In this document: one piece after another, positions 47,511 through 58,758 of the stretch
How positions within the stretch are numbered: position 1 is the stretch's first letter
Layout of the letters: every line of letters begins with the position of its first letter
Source of the DNA: Chlorobium sp.
Lineage (GTDB): Bacteria; Bacteroidota; Chlorobiia; Chlorobiales; Chlorobiaceae
DNA: 64,000 nt
Direction: 5' to 3'
NCBI GenBank assembly: GCA_005843825.1
Contig: SZXX01000040.1
Span: 2,215-66,214 of the forward strand
Notes under the pieces: model-generated
Database searches by the model: none
Told to the model about the DNA's origin: nothing
What the model saw: only the letters and a program-made list of their open reading frames with translations
Translations under genes and position numbers: made by a program

Positions 47511-49211
47511 ATGGAGTCTTCCATGTCGGCATCATTGAAAATGCTGTTGTTCTTTTCACCATTGCTTGCAACTGCAGCTATTGCCGCTGATCTTCCTGAC
47601 GCGGGACGACTCCTCAAAGAGAATACTCCACCTACCTCGATTACTCCAAGGCAGACAATCTCTCCACTGGAAAAAAAAGTTACGACTGAAAAGCAGGTAC
47701 TGGATGGAACAAGGGTAATGGTGTCAGGTTTTAGGTTTACCGGGAACACCCTGTTTACGAGCAGCGAGCTTTCAGCAATCATGTCAGGTTCCATTGGAAA
47801 AGAGATGACTTTTACAGAACTGAATTCAGCAGCTGCGGCAATCACCAGCAAATACCGCAACAGAGGGTTTGTTCTTGCTTCTGTATTTTTCCCTCCTCAA
47901 TCGATAAAGCCAGGAATGCCTTTGGTCATTGAAGTGGTTGAAGGCATTCTGGAAACCATAGAGATTAAAACCATTCCAGAGAAAACAAGAACACCGGTAA
48001 GAGTCCTGAAAAATTATGCCAGTCATCTACCTGCTGGCAGACCGGTAGAAGATGGAGCATTGACCTCAATGGTCATGAGAACCAACGAATTGCCGAATAT
48101 CTCTTCGCGAATCATGCTGGAACCGGGATCAATACCCGGCACAACAAAAGCAACTCTTGAAGTGACCGAAGGCAATCCCTACAGCTTTGCGCTGGACATG
48201 GACAACTACGGAAACGATGCAACCGGAAATAATCGGGCAGGTGGCACCCTGGATCTTTACTCCCCTCTGCACCTCGGAGATCAGTTGAGCATGCATCTGC
48301 AGAGTTCGACAACCGGAGAGCTTAAGAATGCCCGTGCAAACTATACGATACCGGTGATGTCTTACGGCACAAAGATTGGAGTGGACTATAACTTTGTCAC
48401 CTATAAGCTCGGTGGTTTATTTAAAACATTGAACGCTGATGGCGATGTCCACAACCTAAGCCTGTCAATTACCCATCCTCTCATACGCAGGAGAAACCTG
48501 ATCCTGAATGCGACAGTCGCCGGGGAAGGCAAACTACTGGATGACAGGATTGAGAACCCGCAATCGAGAAATCAACGCCGTACAGCTTCCTGTCAAATCG
48601 GCCTTGCCGGCTTACAAATGGATAAAGTTTTTGGTGGTGGCTCCACATCATTCTCCCTAGGGCTTGTTAGAGGAAATTTAGATATCACTGACCAGGAAAC
48701 TCTCTTGAGTGACCAGTCATCAAGCGGATTACACACCAACGGCAGTTATTCAAAGCTTAACCTGAGTATGGCCCGAACCCAGACCATACATAATAGGTTG
48801 TCACTATATATAAGTGGTTATGGACAATGGAGCGGTAAAAACCTGAACAGTTCAGAACAGCTCTCCCTTGGTGGCCCCGGTGCAATACGGGCATGGCAGA
48901 TCGGTGAATCATACGCCGATAATGGTGTTATCGCAACTGCGGAATTTCGCTACCAGTTTGAAGGCATCGGAAAACTTCCCGGCAAAGTGCAGGCAATAGC
49001 TTTTGCTGACCATGGGTATGCTGAGCTTCATGCCAACCCCATCAACGATGCAGGCACAAACACCCGCAACCTGACAGGAGCGGGAATCGGAGTCACATGG
49101 CTGGATGCAAACAACTATTCCCTTCAGGCAACATGCGCATGGAAAGTTCAAGGTGAAACCACTCCCGAAAACAGCCCTATGATTTTTGTGCAGGCAGTGA
49201 AACGATTTTAA
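47511..49211 (+). CDS. TpsB outer-membrane transporter (ShlB/FhaC/HecB family)
   Basis: Signal peptide, POTRA-like region (VSGFRFTGNTLF...EL), Omp85-type barrel with C-terminal ...VQAVKRF. Starts 21 nt after tpsA. Confidence 0.9.
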   Translation: MESSMSASLKMLLFFSPLLATAAIAADLPDAGRLLKENTPPTSITPRQTISPLEKKVTTEKQVLDGTRVMVSGFRFTGNTLFTSSELSAIMSGSIGKEMTFTELNSAAAAITSKYRNRGFVLASVFFPPQSIKPGMPLVIEVVEGILETIEIKTIPEKTRTPVRVLKNYASHLPAGRPVEDGALTSMVMRTNELPNISSRIMLEPGSIPGTTKATLEVTEGNPYSFALDMDNYGNDATGNNRAGGTLDLYSPLHLGDQLSMHLQSSTTGELKNARANYTIPVMSYGTKIGVDYNFVTYKLGGLFKTLNADGDVHNLSLSITHPLIRRRNLILNATVAGEGKLLDDRIENPQSRNQRRTASCQIGLAGLQMDKVFGGGSTSFSLGLVRGNLDITDQETLLSDQSSSGLHTNGSYSKLNLSMARTQTIHNRLSLYISGYGQWSGKNLNSSEQLSLGGPGAIRAWQIGESYADNGVIATAEFRYQFEGIGKLPGKVQAIAFADHGYAELHANPINDAGTNTRNLTGAGIGVTWLDANNYSLQATCAWKVQGETTPENSPMIFVQAVKRF

Positions 49212-49221
49212 TGGAAAGATA

Positions 49222-49255
49222 AAACCACCTTACTCCAGATGGCGTAAGGTGGTTT
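49222..49255. terminator. Bidirectional rho-independent terminator (tpsB / csmB-like)
   Basis: Perfect 12-bp stem AAACCACCTTAC / GTAAGGTGGTTT with a 10-nt loop. T-runs on both strands (TTTTATCTTT on the minus strand). Confidence 0.75.
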
Positions 49256-49272
49256 ATAATGTGAAGTGATGT

Positions 49273-49497
49273 TTACTTTTTCGGGGCGATGGCTGATGAG
49301 ATGCCTGTTGCAACTCCCTGGATAATCTGAATGGCGGTGTTTGCCGTGCTGGTTACGATCGTTCCGAAGAGATTGAGGAGGGTCTGGGCTATCGATGTGG
49401 CTGCGTTGAAACCGTCACCAACGAGGTCTGCAACATTCTGGATTGGAGTGCCGACCGCATTGAAGAGGTCTGAAAAAATGCCGTTGTTGTCTGCCAT
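49273..49497 (-). CDS. Small Ala/Gly/Thr/Ile-rich protein, putatively chlorosome envelope protein of the CsmB/CsmF type
   Basis: 74 aa, monocistronic with its own terminator. Composition and layout (GIFSDLFNAVG......G....... ending APKK) resemble CsmB/F as I remember them. Not verified. Confidence 0.45.
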   Translation of the reverse strand: MADNNGIFSDLFNAVGTPIQNVADLVGDGFNAATSIAQTLLNLFGTIVTSTANTAIQIIQGVATGISSAIAPKK

Positions 49498-49730
49498 AGC
49501 TGATATGTTTTATGAATATTATTGGAAATATGTACGGAAGAATTTTATACAATAAACATACAGAAATAATTCAGGATTTGTATTCTCAATAAATCTCATC
49601 CCAGCTTATCATTTCCCGCCTCTGGACCAAAATCAAGTTACAAAGAGCTCCCACATTCGCGAAAAAGTAATTTTTTGTGTACACTTTGCAATCTATAGAG
49701 AGCCCGGTAAAGACAATACGATTGAACGTT

Positions 49731-50162
49731 ATGCGCATTTCACGAAAAATAGAGATCGATTACGGCCATACACTGCCTAACAGCTTTTCGTTCTGCAATC
49801 AGCTGCACGGTCACCGTGGTGTTATTGTTGCGACGGTGGAGGGCCATACAATAACACGCAATGGGGATGGCGAGGAAGGAATGGTGATGGATTTCAAATT
49901 TTTGAAAGAGATCATGCTTGAGCATATCCACGACAAGCTTGACCACGGCTTTGCAGTATGGAAAAATGATTTTGAAGATCTTGACTTTATAACAAAGCGC
50001 AACTCCCGGGTACTTATTACCGATGAACCCCCTACCGCAGAGTACCTTGCCAAATGGGCTTTCAATCAGATTGAGCATCGTTTGCCTGAAGGAGTAACGC
50101 TGAAACAGCTCCGCTGGTATGAAACACCCAACAACTGGGCGGATTATGAAGGAGAAGGGTAA
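49731..50162 (+). CDS. queD: 6-carboxy-5,6,7,8-tetrahydropterin synthase (PTPS family)
   Basis: IDYGHTLP, C-x3-HGH (CNQLHGHRG), DFKFLK, LDH. The ATG at 49731 is preferred over the track GTG at 49677. Confidence 0.85.
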   Translation: MRISRKIEIDYGHTLPNSFSFCNQLHGHRGVIVATVEGHTITRNGDGEEGMVMDFKFLKEIMLEHIHDKLDHGFAVWKNDFEDLDFITKRNSRVLITDEPPTAEYLAKWAFNQIEHRLPEGVTLKQLRWYETPNNWADYEGEG

Positions 50163-50322
50163 TACACTTACAGCCACTCAGCCTGACATTGGCATTCCCC
50201 TTTAATCCAAGTTCTGGAAAATGTCTTTTCGGGAATTTTTCCTCTTAAAAAAAGGTTGATTATTTAGCCTTGTAAGGGATCATGTTTCATCTGTTAAACC
50301 TATAAAAAAAGGAGATGCAGCC

Positions 50323-50742
50323 ATGGCAATGACACTTTACGGAAGAGACCCATTGAAGATGTTTGAAGATGTCTTTAATGACAAGGTATCGCCATTTTTC
50401 TCTTCAATGGTGGCGCCTTCTTTCAAGGTTGATATCAGCGAGGATGATACTGCCATATTCATCGAAGCCGACATGCCCGGGGTAAAAAAAGAGGACATCA
50501 AAGTTTCGATGGAAGATGATGTGCTGACCATCAGCGCAGAAAGAAACCAGCAGGAGGAGGAAAAGAAAAAAGGTTATCACCGAATCGAGCGCACCTGGGG
50601 AAGCCTGAGCAGAAGCTTTACTGTTGGTGAAAATGTTGATGCCGGGAACATTGAGGCAGCCTATGATAACGGTGTTCTTAAAATCAAGGCTCCAAAAATC
50701 GAACCAAAACCAAAAACGGGTAAGGAAATCACTGTCAAGTAA
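50323..50742 (+). CDS. Small heat-shock protein (Hsp20/alpha-crystallin)
   Basis: Alpha-crystallin domain (DI.ED....I.ADMPGVKKEDIKVS.ED..L.ISAER......Y...ER..G...R.F.......I.A.Y.NGVL.I..PK). AGGAG SD motif 9 nt upstream. Confidence 0.9.
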   Translation: MAMTLYGRDPLKMFEDVFNDKVSPFFSSMVAPSFKVDISEDDTAIFIEADMPGVKKEDIKVSMEDDVLTISAERNQQEEEKKKGYHRIERTWGSLSRSFTVGENVDAGNIEAAYDNGVLKIKAPKIEPKPKTGKEITVK

Positions 50743-50762
50743 CCTTTTTCTTTTTCAAGAAT

Positions 50763-50788
50763 AAAACCCTCCATTGACGGAGGGTTTT
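50763..50788. terminator. Bidirectional rho-independent terminator (hsp20 / radical SAM gene)
   Basis: AAAACCCTCC / GGAGGGTTTT, 6-nt loop, followed by ATTCTTTC. Confidence 0.75.
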
Positions 50789-50813
50789 ATTCTTTCTAAA
50801 CCGACCAGACTGA

Positions 50814-51749
50814 TTATTCCTTGATTACCCAGTAAGGCTCGCCTTCGTGTTCGACAAGCTTGAACCTACCAGTTGCTAGCATATCCCGCATGATTGCGGT
50901 TACTTTATCGTTGTCTCCGGGAAAACAATCTGCAATGGCTTTCTGCAGTTCCCGCTGCTGAACAGGATGTCGCGAAACGATGTCGGACACAGCATGAAGC
51001 ATATCTGTTGCACCCCGCAGATCCATAGTGCCTTTGACCGGATGAACAACCGTGGCCACTGTTGAAAGGATCCTGATAGCCTGCTCAATGCGTTCTTCGG
51101 AGGGAATGTGAACTTTCTGTTCCGGCGCCGGGCGGGTGGGAAGCACAAGGTGCACCATATCAGGATTGATCTTTTTCAGGACGGCAGCAAGATCATGAAG
51201 CGCTTCATCCGAGTCATTGATACCGCCTAGCAGCATCACCTCAATCCAGAGTCGCCCTTTATACTCCTTTCGAAAAGCCACCAGGCCATCAACATGCTGC
51301 CGAAAGGTCAAACCTGCGGCAGGACGGCCTATTTGCAGATGCAGGGCTTCCGATCCGGCATTAAGCGATGGAAGCACTGCGTCAGCCTGCAAGAGCTCCT
51401 CACGGACTTCCGGCAGATAAAGAAGAGATCCATTGGTAATCACTGCGACAGGCGTGGCGGTCAGCTTTTTAACTTCACCAATAAGCCATCCGATCCCCTT
51501 GTAAAGCATGGTCTCTCCTGAACCGACAAAGGTTATCCAGTCAAGAGAAGAATTTTCGGCAATAGCCTCTTTAATCTCTTTAAGAATTTCCTCACGAGGG
51601 AAAAACTCCTGCCTTTCGGTGACAAATGTTCTGGTTTTTCCCAACTGGCAGTAAACGCAGTTCCATGAGCAGCTTTTTGCAGGAAGCAGGTCAACACCAA
51701 GTGACTGGCCAAGACGTTTGGATGATACGGGACCAAAAATGTATTTCAT
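50814..51749 (-). CDS. Radical SAM protein (COG0731/Tyw1-like class)
   Basis: C-x3-C-x2-C (CSWNCVYCQLG) near the N-terminus. GSGETML-type SAM motif. The start at 51749 (MKYIFGPVSS) is preferred over the track start at 51830. Confidence 0.8.
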   Translation of the reverse strand: MKYIFGPVSSKRLGQSLGVDLLPAKSCSWNCVYCQLGKTRTFVTERQEFFPREEILKEIKEAIAENSSLDWITFVGSGETMLYKGIGWLIGEVKKLTATPVAVITNGSLLYLPEVREELLQADAVLPSLNAGSEALHLQIGRPAAGLTFRQHVDGLVAFRKEYKGRLWIEVMLLGGINDSDEALHDLAAVLKKINPDMVHLVLPTRPAPEQKVHIPSEERIEQAIRILSTVATVVHPVKGTMDLRGATDMLHAVSDIVSRHPVQQRELQKAIADCFPGDNDKVTAIMRDMLATGRFKLVEHEGEPYWVIKE

Positions 51750-51774
51750 AACTTCAGTGCGTTTTCGCGGGCAA

Positions 51775-53121
51775 TCAGCCTTTTTTGGCCAGGGCAAGTT
51801 CAGCCATCTTTGCTTCGCTTTCAGCCTCAAACGCCTCTTTTGAAATATGCGGCAGCACCAGGCTTGCGATGGTGAAGGCGATAATTTCTATAGAAAAAAT
51901 AGCGACATAGGCCCAGACATACTGGCCGGAAAGATGGTAGACCGTATCAATAATAATACCTGCTCCAAGATGACCTATAAAAATTGCAAGGCTTTGCGCT
52001 GTACCCCAGAGCCCGATGTAGACTCCGCTACGACCTGCAGTCATGGACATCATCATGGATATATTGGAGACACTGGATGCTCCAAGACCGATCCCTGTAA
52101 CAACAAGAGCGATACGAAGAAACTGCACATCACGAATAAATGCTGAAACAATCAGCAGGCCAAAGCCGACAATACAAAACATATTTCCGATTAAAGCGCC
52201 ACGCTTCTGCCCGATACGGTTAAGCAGAAAGCCGGTGATAAGCATAAAAATCAGCTGGGTGCCACCCATGGTGGGGCGGAACAGCTTGGTGGTCTCACCA
52301 ACTTTCATCTTGAAAACATGGGCACCGAAAGGATCCATGACAATCTCGTTGGCAAAAAGCGCAAAAATCGAAATAAAGATATAGGATGCAAAAAGCAAGG
52401 TTTTTGGCGATAAAGAGAGTAGCTTGATAGACTGAGAAAAGGATATAGCATGCTTGCTCTTGTCCTCTTTTACTTCTGCGTTGCGCTTTTCGATTCCAAG
52501 CACTGCAAAAAGGCCGATACCAAGGGCAATCAAGCCACCGATCTCCGCCACTGTTATAAGGCGCTCAGGGGTAAAAACATCAAGATAAGATCCGACAATT
52601 CGGGTAGAAATAATGGTGGTGAGCACCATCAGAGTCCAGCTCGCTCCGGTAACCTTTCCGATATTCTCCTCGCCTACCGTATCAGCAAGCAGGGCATAGT
52701 ACGCTGTTGTTGCAACCTGCAGACCAAAGCCGAATACAAGAAATATAATGGCAAGCTTCCATAGACCGATATCCTTCATCATGGCAGGAAGCATCTCGGA
52801 AAATACCACACCGGCAATTTTTACCTCATAGGCTGCAGCCGGTGCAAGTATGAAGGAAAAGACACAGCAGAAAAGTCCAAGCAGAACATAGGGTGTCCGC
52901 TTCAGACCGAAAATCTGTGAACGATCCGACAGGTTACCCGCCCAGACCTTGACGCCGAAAATCGCCAGCAGCTCCTTGAGACTTATCAGACCAAAAACAA
53001 TAGTAGCGGAAATACGAAGCTCGGTGGTCATGACCCGGTTGAGAGTATCAAGCAGGAAGCCGAGCATGACGCCGAAGCCCATCTGAAAAAGGGAGAGGCG
53101 GACAAGATTGATTTTCTTCAT
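51775..53121 (-). CDS. PucC/LhaA/BCD-family MFS protein
   Basis: 12-TM protein. The N-terminus VRLSLFQMGFGVMLGFLLDTLNRVM is typical of the bacteriochlorophyll-delivery (BCD/PucC) family. Confidence 0.75.
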   Translation of the reverse strand: MKKINLVRLSLFQMGFGVMLGFLLDTLNRVMTTELRISATIVFGLISLKELLAIFGVKVWAGNLSDRSQIFGLKRTPYVLLGLFCCVFSFILAPAAAYEVKIAGVVFSEMLPAMMKDIGLWKLAIIFLVFGFGLQVATTAYYALLADTVGEENIGKVTGASWTLMVLTTIISTRIVGSYLDVFTPERLITVAEIGGLIALGIGLFAVLGIEKRNAEVKEDKSKHAISFSQSIKLLSLSPKTLLFASYIFISIFALFANEIVMDPFGAHVFKMKVGETTKLFRPTMGGTQLIFMLITGFLLNRIGQKRGALIGNMFCIVGFGLLIVSAFIRDVQFLRIALVVTGIGLGASSVSNISMMMSMTAGRSGVYIGLWGTAQSLAIFIGHLGAGIIIDTVYHLSGQYVWAYVAIFSIEIIAFTIASLVLPHISKEAFEAESEAKMAELALAKKG

Positions 53122-53233
53122 AAAACGACACTCATGTTTACGGGAATATCGGGTATACTCAGCACATGGTTACACGCTTTCTGAAATACCTTTAAAGCAT
53201 GGCACGAAATATAACAAAAAAGCGGGATGATCA

Positions 53234-55477
53234 TTAGTGGAGGTTATCCTCTGTTTCACCTGAAATTCTGGCGGCGAGGCCCGTGAGTCTTTGGGATGAA
53301 CGTCTGTTGCCAATAGCCATGGCAAGAGCTTTAGGATCGCCAATGATCATCACCAGCTTTTTAGCCCTTGTCACTGCGGTATAGATAAGGTTTCTTTCAA
53401 GAAGCGAATAGTGCTGCATGGAGAGCGGGATCACAACGGCAGGATATTCTGACCCCTGACTTTTATGAATAGTGATGGCATACGCCAGGGCAATTTCATC
53501 AAGTTCGCCAAACTCATAAACGACATCCCTGTCGTCATAAAGAACACTGAGTGCGCTCTCTTCCTCATTGACTCTGACAATACTGCCTATATCGCCGTTG
53601 AAGACCTCCTTGTCGTAGTTATTGACCATCTGAATCACCTTGTCCCCCTCGGCATAGGTAGTCCCGAACCGTTCCAGTTTTCTAATGGCTTTAGGATTGA
53701 GCGTTTCCTGTAACAGAGAATTCAGGGCTTTGGTGCCCAGCGGTCCTTTGTTCATAGGGGTCAGCACCTGAATATCCCGGAGCGGATCAAGTCCGAACCG
53801 CTTGGGAATCCGGTCAGCGACCACCTGAAGCAGCCTTCGCTGGATATCTTCAGTACTCCCGGACGGTACCACATAAAAATCCGAAAGCTCTTTACCGGGA
53901 AACTGAACTGGCTGCTCTCCACGATTGATACGGTGAGCGTTGACAATAATACTGGAGGTTTGAGCCTGACGGAATATCTCTGTCAGACGCACCACAGGCA
54001 GAACGCCGGATTGAATCATATCGGCAAGAACAAATCCCGGCCCCACCGGTGGAAGCTGGTCGACATCACCGGCAAACATCAGGGCCGAACGATCTGAAAT
54101 AGCTGCAAGCAGGCGGTTCATCAGCACTACATCAATCATGGAGGCTTCGTCGACTATAACTACATCAGCCTCAAGCGGATATGATGATCCCCTTTTAAAG
54201 TCACGCGCAAAAGGGTCAAACTCGAGCAGCCGGTGAATGGTTTTGGCGTCCCTGCCGGTGGCTTCCGAGAGCCTTTTTGCAGCTCTGCCCGTAGGAGCAC
54301 AGAGAACAAATTTCAGCATCCCTGTACCGAGGATTTTAAGGATGGTATTGATGATCGTGGTTTTACCAACTCCGGGGCCACCGGTGATGATCATCAGTTT
54401 GCTGGAGAGTGCCAGCGAAACTGCACTGCGCTGTGACTGGGAGAGTTCAATTTTTGATTGTTTTTCCGCCTTCGCAATAGCTGCTGCCGATTCAACAGTG
54501 CCCCAGGGAAGCTTGCCCTGCTGGATTCTGCCAATACTGCACGCTACACCCGTTTCGGCATTGAAAAGATGCCGGAGATAAAAGCTTCGTTCGCCCTGAT
54601 CCTCAACCGCAACAAGAGTGCCGATGGAAAGTTCTGCCTTGACAGCATCATCAAGCACTGTTGCCGGTATATTCAGGAGCCTCATAAAGGCTTCAACAAG
54701 CTTCTTTTCAGGAACCCGGCAGTGCCCTTCAGAAGAGAGTTCCTGCAGTACATGAGCGATACCTGCCCTGGCCCTCATGGGTGAATCAGAGGGGATGCCG
54801 ATATTGAGTGCAATCTGATCGGCTGTTTTGAAGCCGATCCCCGGTATGTCAAGCGTCAGGCGATATGGGTTATTACGCACTATGGCAACGGCATCTGCAC
54901 CATACTCCCTGTAAATTCTGACCGCACGTGCAGTACCGACCCCATGAGAGTGCAGAAAGACAATAATCTCCTTTTCAGCCTTCTGCTCGGCCCATGCAGC
55001 AACGACCTGCTTCATGCGCTTTGTGCCGATACCGGGAAGCTCAAGAAGTCTTTCGGGATGATCCTCAATAACGCTGAAAACCTCCAGCCCAAAGGCGCTG
55101 ATGAGCACCTTTGCCAGATGGGGACCAATGCCTTTCACCATCCCTGAAGAGAGATATTTGCTTATCCCTTCAAGAGTATCGGGAGAGATAACCGACAAAT
55201 GGCGAGCCTTGAACTGCAGGCCCCAAGTTTTATCGTTTTGCCAGCCTCCAACAGCCTCAACATGCTGACCCGTTGTAACAGCAGCAACACATCCCACAAC
55301 TGTGACAGGGTCACGCTCCCCTTTTACTATAAGACGCAAAACACTGAAGCCGGACGTTTCACTGAAAAAAGTCACCCTGTCCACCACACCGGTTACTCGT
55401 TCTTCTCCAGCATCGCCTCTCACACTATCATTCATGATTATCTTCCTTTCACTGAAATACCTACATAAAGGTACCAA
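53234..55477 (-). CDS. recD2: RecD2-type SF1 DNA helicase (RecD/TraA family)
   Basis: HhH region (ELPGIGTKR), Walker A ITGGPGVGKTT, VIVDEASMID, FAGDVDQLPPVG, C-terminal SH3-like region, AITIHKSQGSE, YTAVTRAK. Confidence 0.9.
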   Translation of the reverse strand: MVPLCRYFSERKIIMNDSVRGDAGEERVTGVVDRVTFFSETSGFSVLRLIVKGERDPVTVVGCVAAVTTGQHVEAVGGWQNDKTWGLQFKARHLSVISPDTLEGISKYLSSGMVKGIGPHLAKVLISAFGLEVFSVIEDHPERLLELPGIGTKRMKQVVAAWAEQKAEKEIIVFLHSHGVGTARAVRIYREYGADAVAIVRNNPYRLTLDIPGIGFKTADQIALNIGIPSDSPMRARAGIAHVLQELSSEGHCRVPEKKLVEAFMRLLNIPATVLDDAVKAELSIGTLVAVEDQGERSFYLRHLFNAETGVACSIGRIQQGKLPWGTVESAAAIAKAEKQSKIELSQSQRSAVSLALSSKLMIITGGPGVGKTTIINTILKILGTGMLKFVLCAPTGRAAKRLSEATGRDAKTIHRLLEFDPFARDFKRGSSYPLEADVVIVDEASMIDVVLMNRLLAAISDRSALMFAGDVDQLPPVGPGFVLADMIQSGVLPVVRLTEIFRQAQTSSIIVNAHRINRGEQPVQFPGKELSDFYVVPSGSTEDIQRRLLQVVADRIPKRFGLDPLRDIQVLTPMNKGPLGTKALNSLLQETLNPKAIRKLERFGTTYAEGDKVIQMVNNYDKEVFNGDIGSIVRVNEEESALSVLYDDRDVVYEFGELDEIALAYAITIHKSQGSEYPAVVIPLSMQHYSLLERNLIYTAVTRAKKLVMIIGDPKALAMAIGNRRSSQRLTGLAARISGETEDNLH

Positions 55478-55537
55478 CCATGCGCCATCCCTGATTTGTA
55501 AAATATGGTGAATTTAAGTATTGTGCCGGTAGATTCT

Positions 55538-55640
55538 CATCTTGGGGGTGCTTAATCTTTGAAGAGCTAAAATGGCTGAAAAAAGAGAGAGCTGAGAATA
55601 AACCCTTGTAACTTGATGCAGGTAATGCTGACGCAAGAAA
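55538..55640 (+). promoter_or_regulatory. TPP (THI-box) riboswitch upstream of thiC
   Basis: CTTG-GGGGTGC...GCTGAGA-ATAA-ACCC-TTGTAACTTGATGCAGGTAATGCTGACG-CAAG matches the conserved TPP aptamer core (GGGGUGC / CUGAGA / ACCC..ACCUGAUCUGGAUAAUGCCAGCG). Confidence 0.85.
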
Positions 55641-55678
55641 AGATGGACGCGGTTCACCTGCACTGCCTGCTTGTTTAA

Positions 55679-57373
<1,695 letters not shown>

Positions 57374-57399
57374 GCTGAAGATAGGAAACAGTTGGCGGA

Positions 57400-57423
57400 G
57401 GACAGTGATCTGGGTCACTGTCC
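57400..57423. terminator. Hairpin between the convergent thiC and tpiA genes
   Basis: GGACAGTGA / TCACTGTCC, 6-nt loop. No clear U-tract. Confidence 0.35.
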
Positions 57424-57442
57424 GTTACCAAAGAAAAAAGGA

Positions 57443-58198
57443 TTAGACTGAGGCGGCCTGGATGATTGCGGCGAAATCTTCGGCGTTTAGGCTGGCTCCT
57501 CCGATTAGACCTCCATCAATATTCGGCATTGCAAAAAGTTCTGCTGCATTGGAAGGCTTGACGCTTCCACCGTACTGAATACGGACCAAACGGAAGGCTG
57601 GCTCGCCATAAAGCTCACCGATAAGTGTACGGATATGGAGATGCACCTCATCAGCCTGAGCTGAAGATGCTGTTTTTCCAGTACCGATAGCCCATACAGG
57701 CTCGTAGGCAATAACAATAGCTCCAATATGGCTGATACCTGCTAAACCTTCGCGGATCTGAGTGGAAATAACTGTTTCAGTCACTCCTGATTCGCGCTCG
57801 GCAAGCGTTTCACCGACACAAAGGATAACCTTCAACCCTTCACTCAACGCTTTTTTAATCCTGAGATTCACCGTTGCGTTGGTTTCGCCAAAGAACTGAC
57901 GGCGTTCAGAATGACCGATAATCACATAGGAACATCCGATAGCATTAATCATTCTGGCCGATACCTCTCCGGTAAACGCTCCATCATTTTCATAATGGCA
58001 GTTCTGTGCGACAAGGTGAATATCACTTCCCTCAAGCAGCTGACCTACAGCATCCAATGCAAGATATGTCGGTGCCAGACCAACATCACATCCTGAAAAC
58101 CCTTCACCAAGCGCTTCAATAACATCCGTAGCAAGCGTTACCGATTCAGCTACGGTATTATTCATTTTCCAGTTACCTACAACAATTTTTTTACGCAT
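57443..58198 (-). CDS. tpiA: Triose-phosphate isomerase
   Basis: [33 protein letters not shown]. Confidence 0.95.
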   Translation of the reverse strand: MRKKIVVGNWKMNNTVAESVTLATDVIEALGEGFSGCDVGLAPTYLALDAVGQLLEGSDIHLVAQNCHYENDGAFTGEVSARMINAIGCSYVIIGHSERRQFFGETNATVNLRIKKALSEGLKVILCVGETLAERESGVTETVISTQIREGLAGISHIGAIVIAYEPVWAIGTGKTASSAQADEVHLHIRTLIGELYGEPAFRLVRIQYGGSVKPSNAAELFAMPNIDGGLIGGASLNAEDFAAIIQAASV

Positions 58199-58200
58199 TT

Positions 58201-58458
58201 CTAATAATCCGTTATGACATCACAATATATCCGGTCAATCTGATCCAGACTGAACCGGTGTTTTCCCGAACGAGCATCCTTAAGCTCAACATCGTTACTG
58301 CCAACAGCAATAATGGTTCCATGCCATACTCTGTCTTCAGTGGTTACCAAGTTGATTTCACGATTCAACAGGCCCTGATTACCCCCGATCCTGTCCTTAC
58401 GATATATAATTTGACGTTTTCCCATTTCAGAGCTGATTTGAGTTACCATTATGACCAA
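58201..58458 (-). CDS. Small conserved-looking hypothetical protein, possibly Sm/LSm-like fold
   Basis: Its stop is 2 nt upstream of the tpiA start. [33 protein letters not shown] resembles an Sm1-type motif. The true start may be the internal MGKRQ. Confidence 0.45.
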   Translation of the reverse strand: MVIMVTQISSEMGKRQIIYRKDRIGGNQGLLNREINLVTTEDRVWHGTIIAVGSNDVELKDARSGKHRFSLDQIDRIYCDVITDY

Positions 58459-58758
58459 AAGTCAAAAGCGCCTTGTAACCTGTTTCACATCAATGACATA
58501 CAAAATCATCGACCCACGTTGCATCATCCGTAAAACAAATCCCGCTTTTTTGCTGTCGGAAATATACGAATCACAGGGATAATTCAAGGCTGAATTATTT
58601 CCGGAAGAAGGAAATCATCAAGAGGAGACTGCTAGGGAAACTCATCAATTCGGCAGGAAAAAATAACTTTCAAGCGAAGGCATGGCCTGCAATAAGAGAA
58701 CCCTTCTAATCCTGTAAGGTCTCACTTCGCAACACTTGCAGAATCAAGTGTTTCATAA

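Noticed and set aside
47195-47860. 221-aa minus-strand ORF spanning the tpsA/tpsB junction
   Set aside because: It is antisense to two strongly supported genes. A low-complexity translation is expected from the repeat-rich opposite strand.
47100-49497. CDI-type toxin tip plus immunity gene at the end of tpsA
   Set aside because: I see no VENN or other pre-toxin motif, and the C-terminus is an Ig/cadherin-like domain. The only small ORF downstream (49273-49497) is on the opposite strand, beyond tpsB and a terminator.
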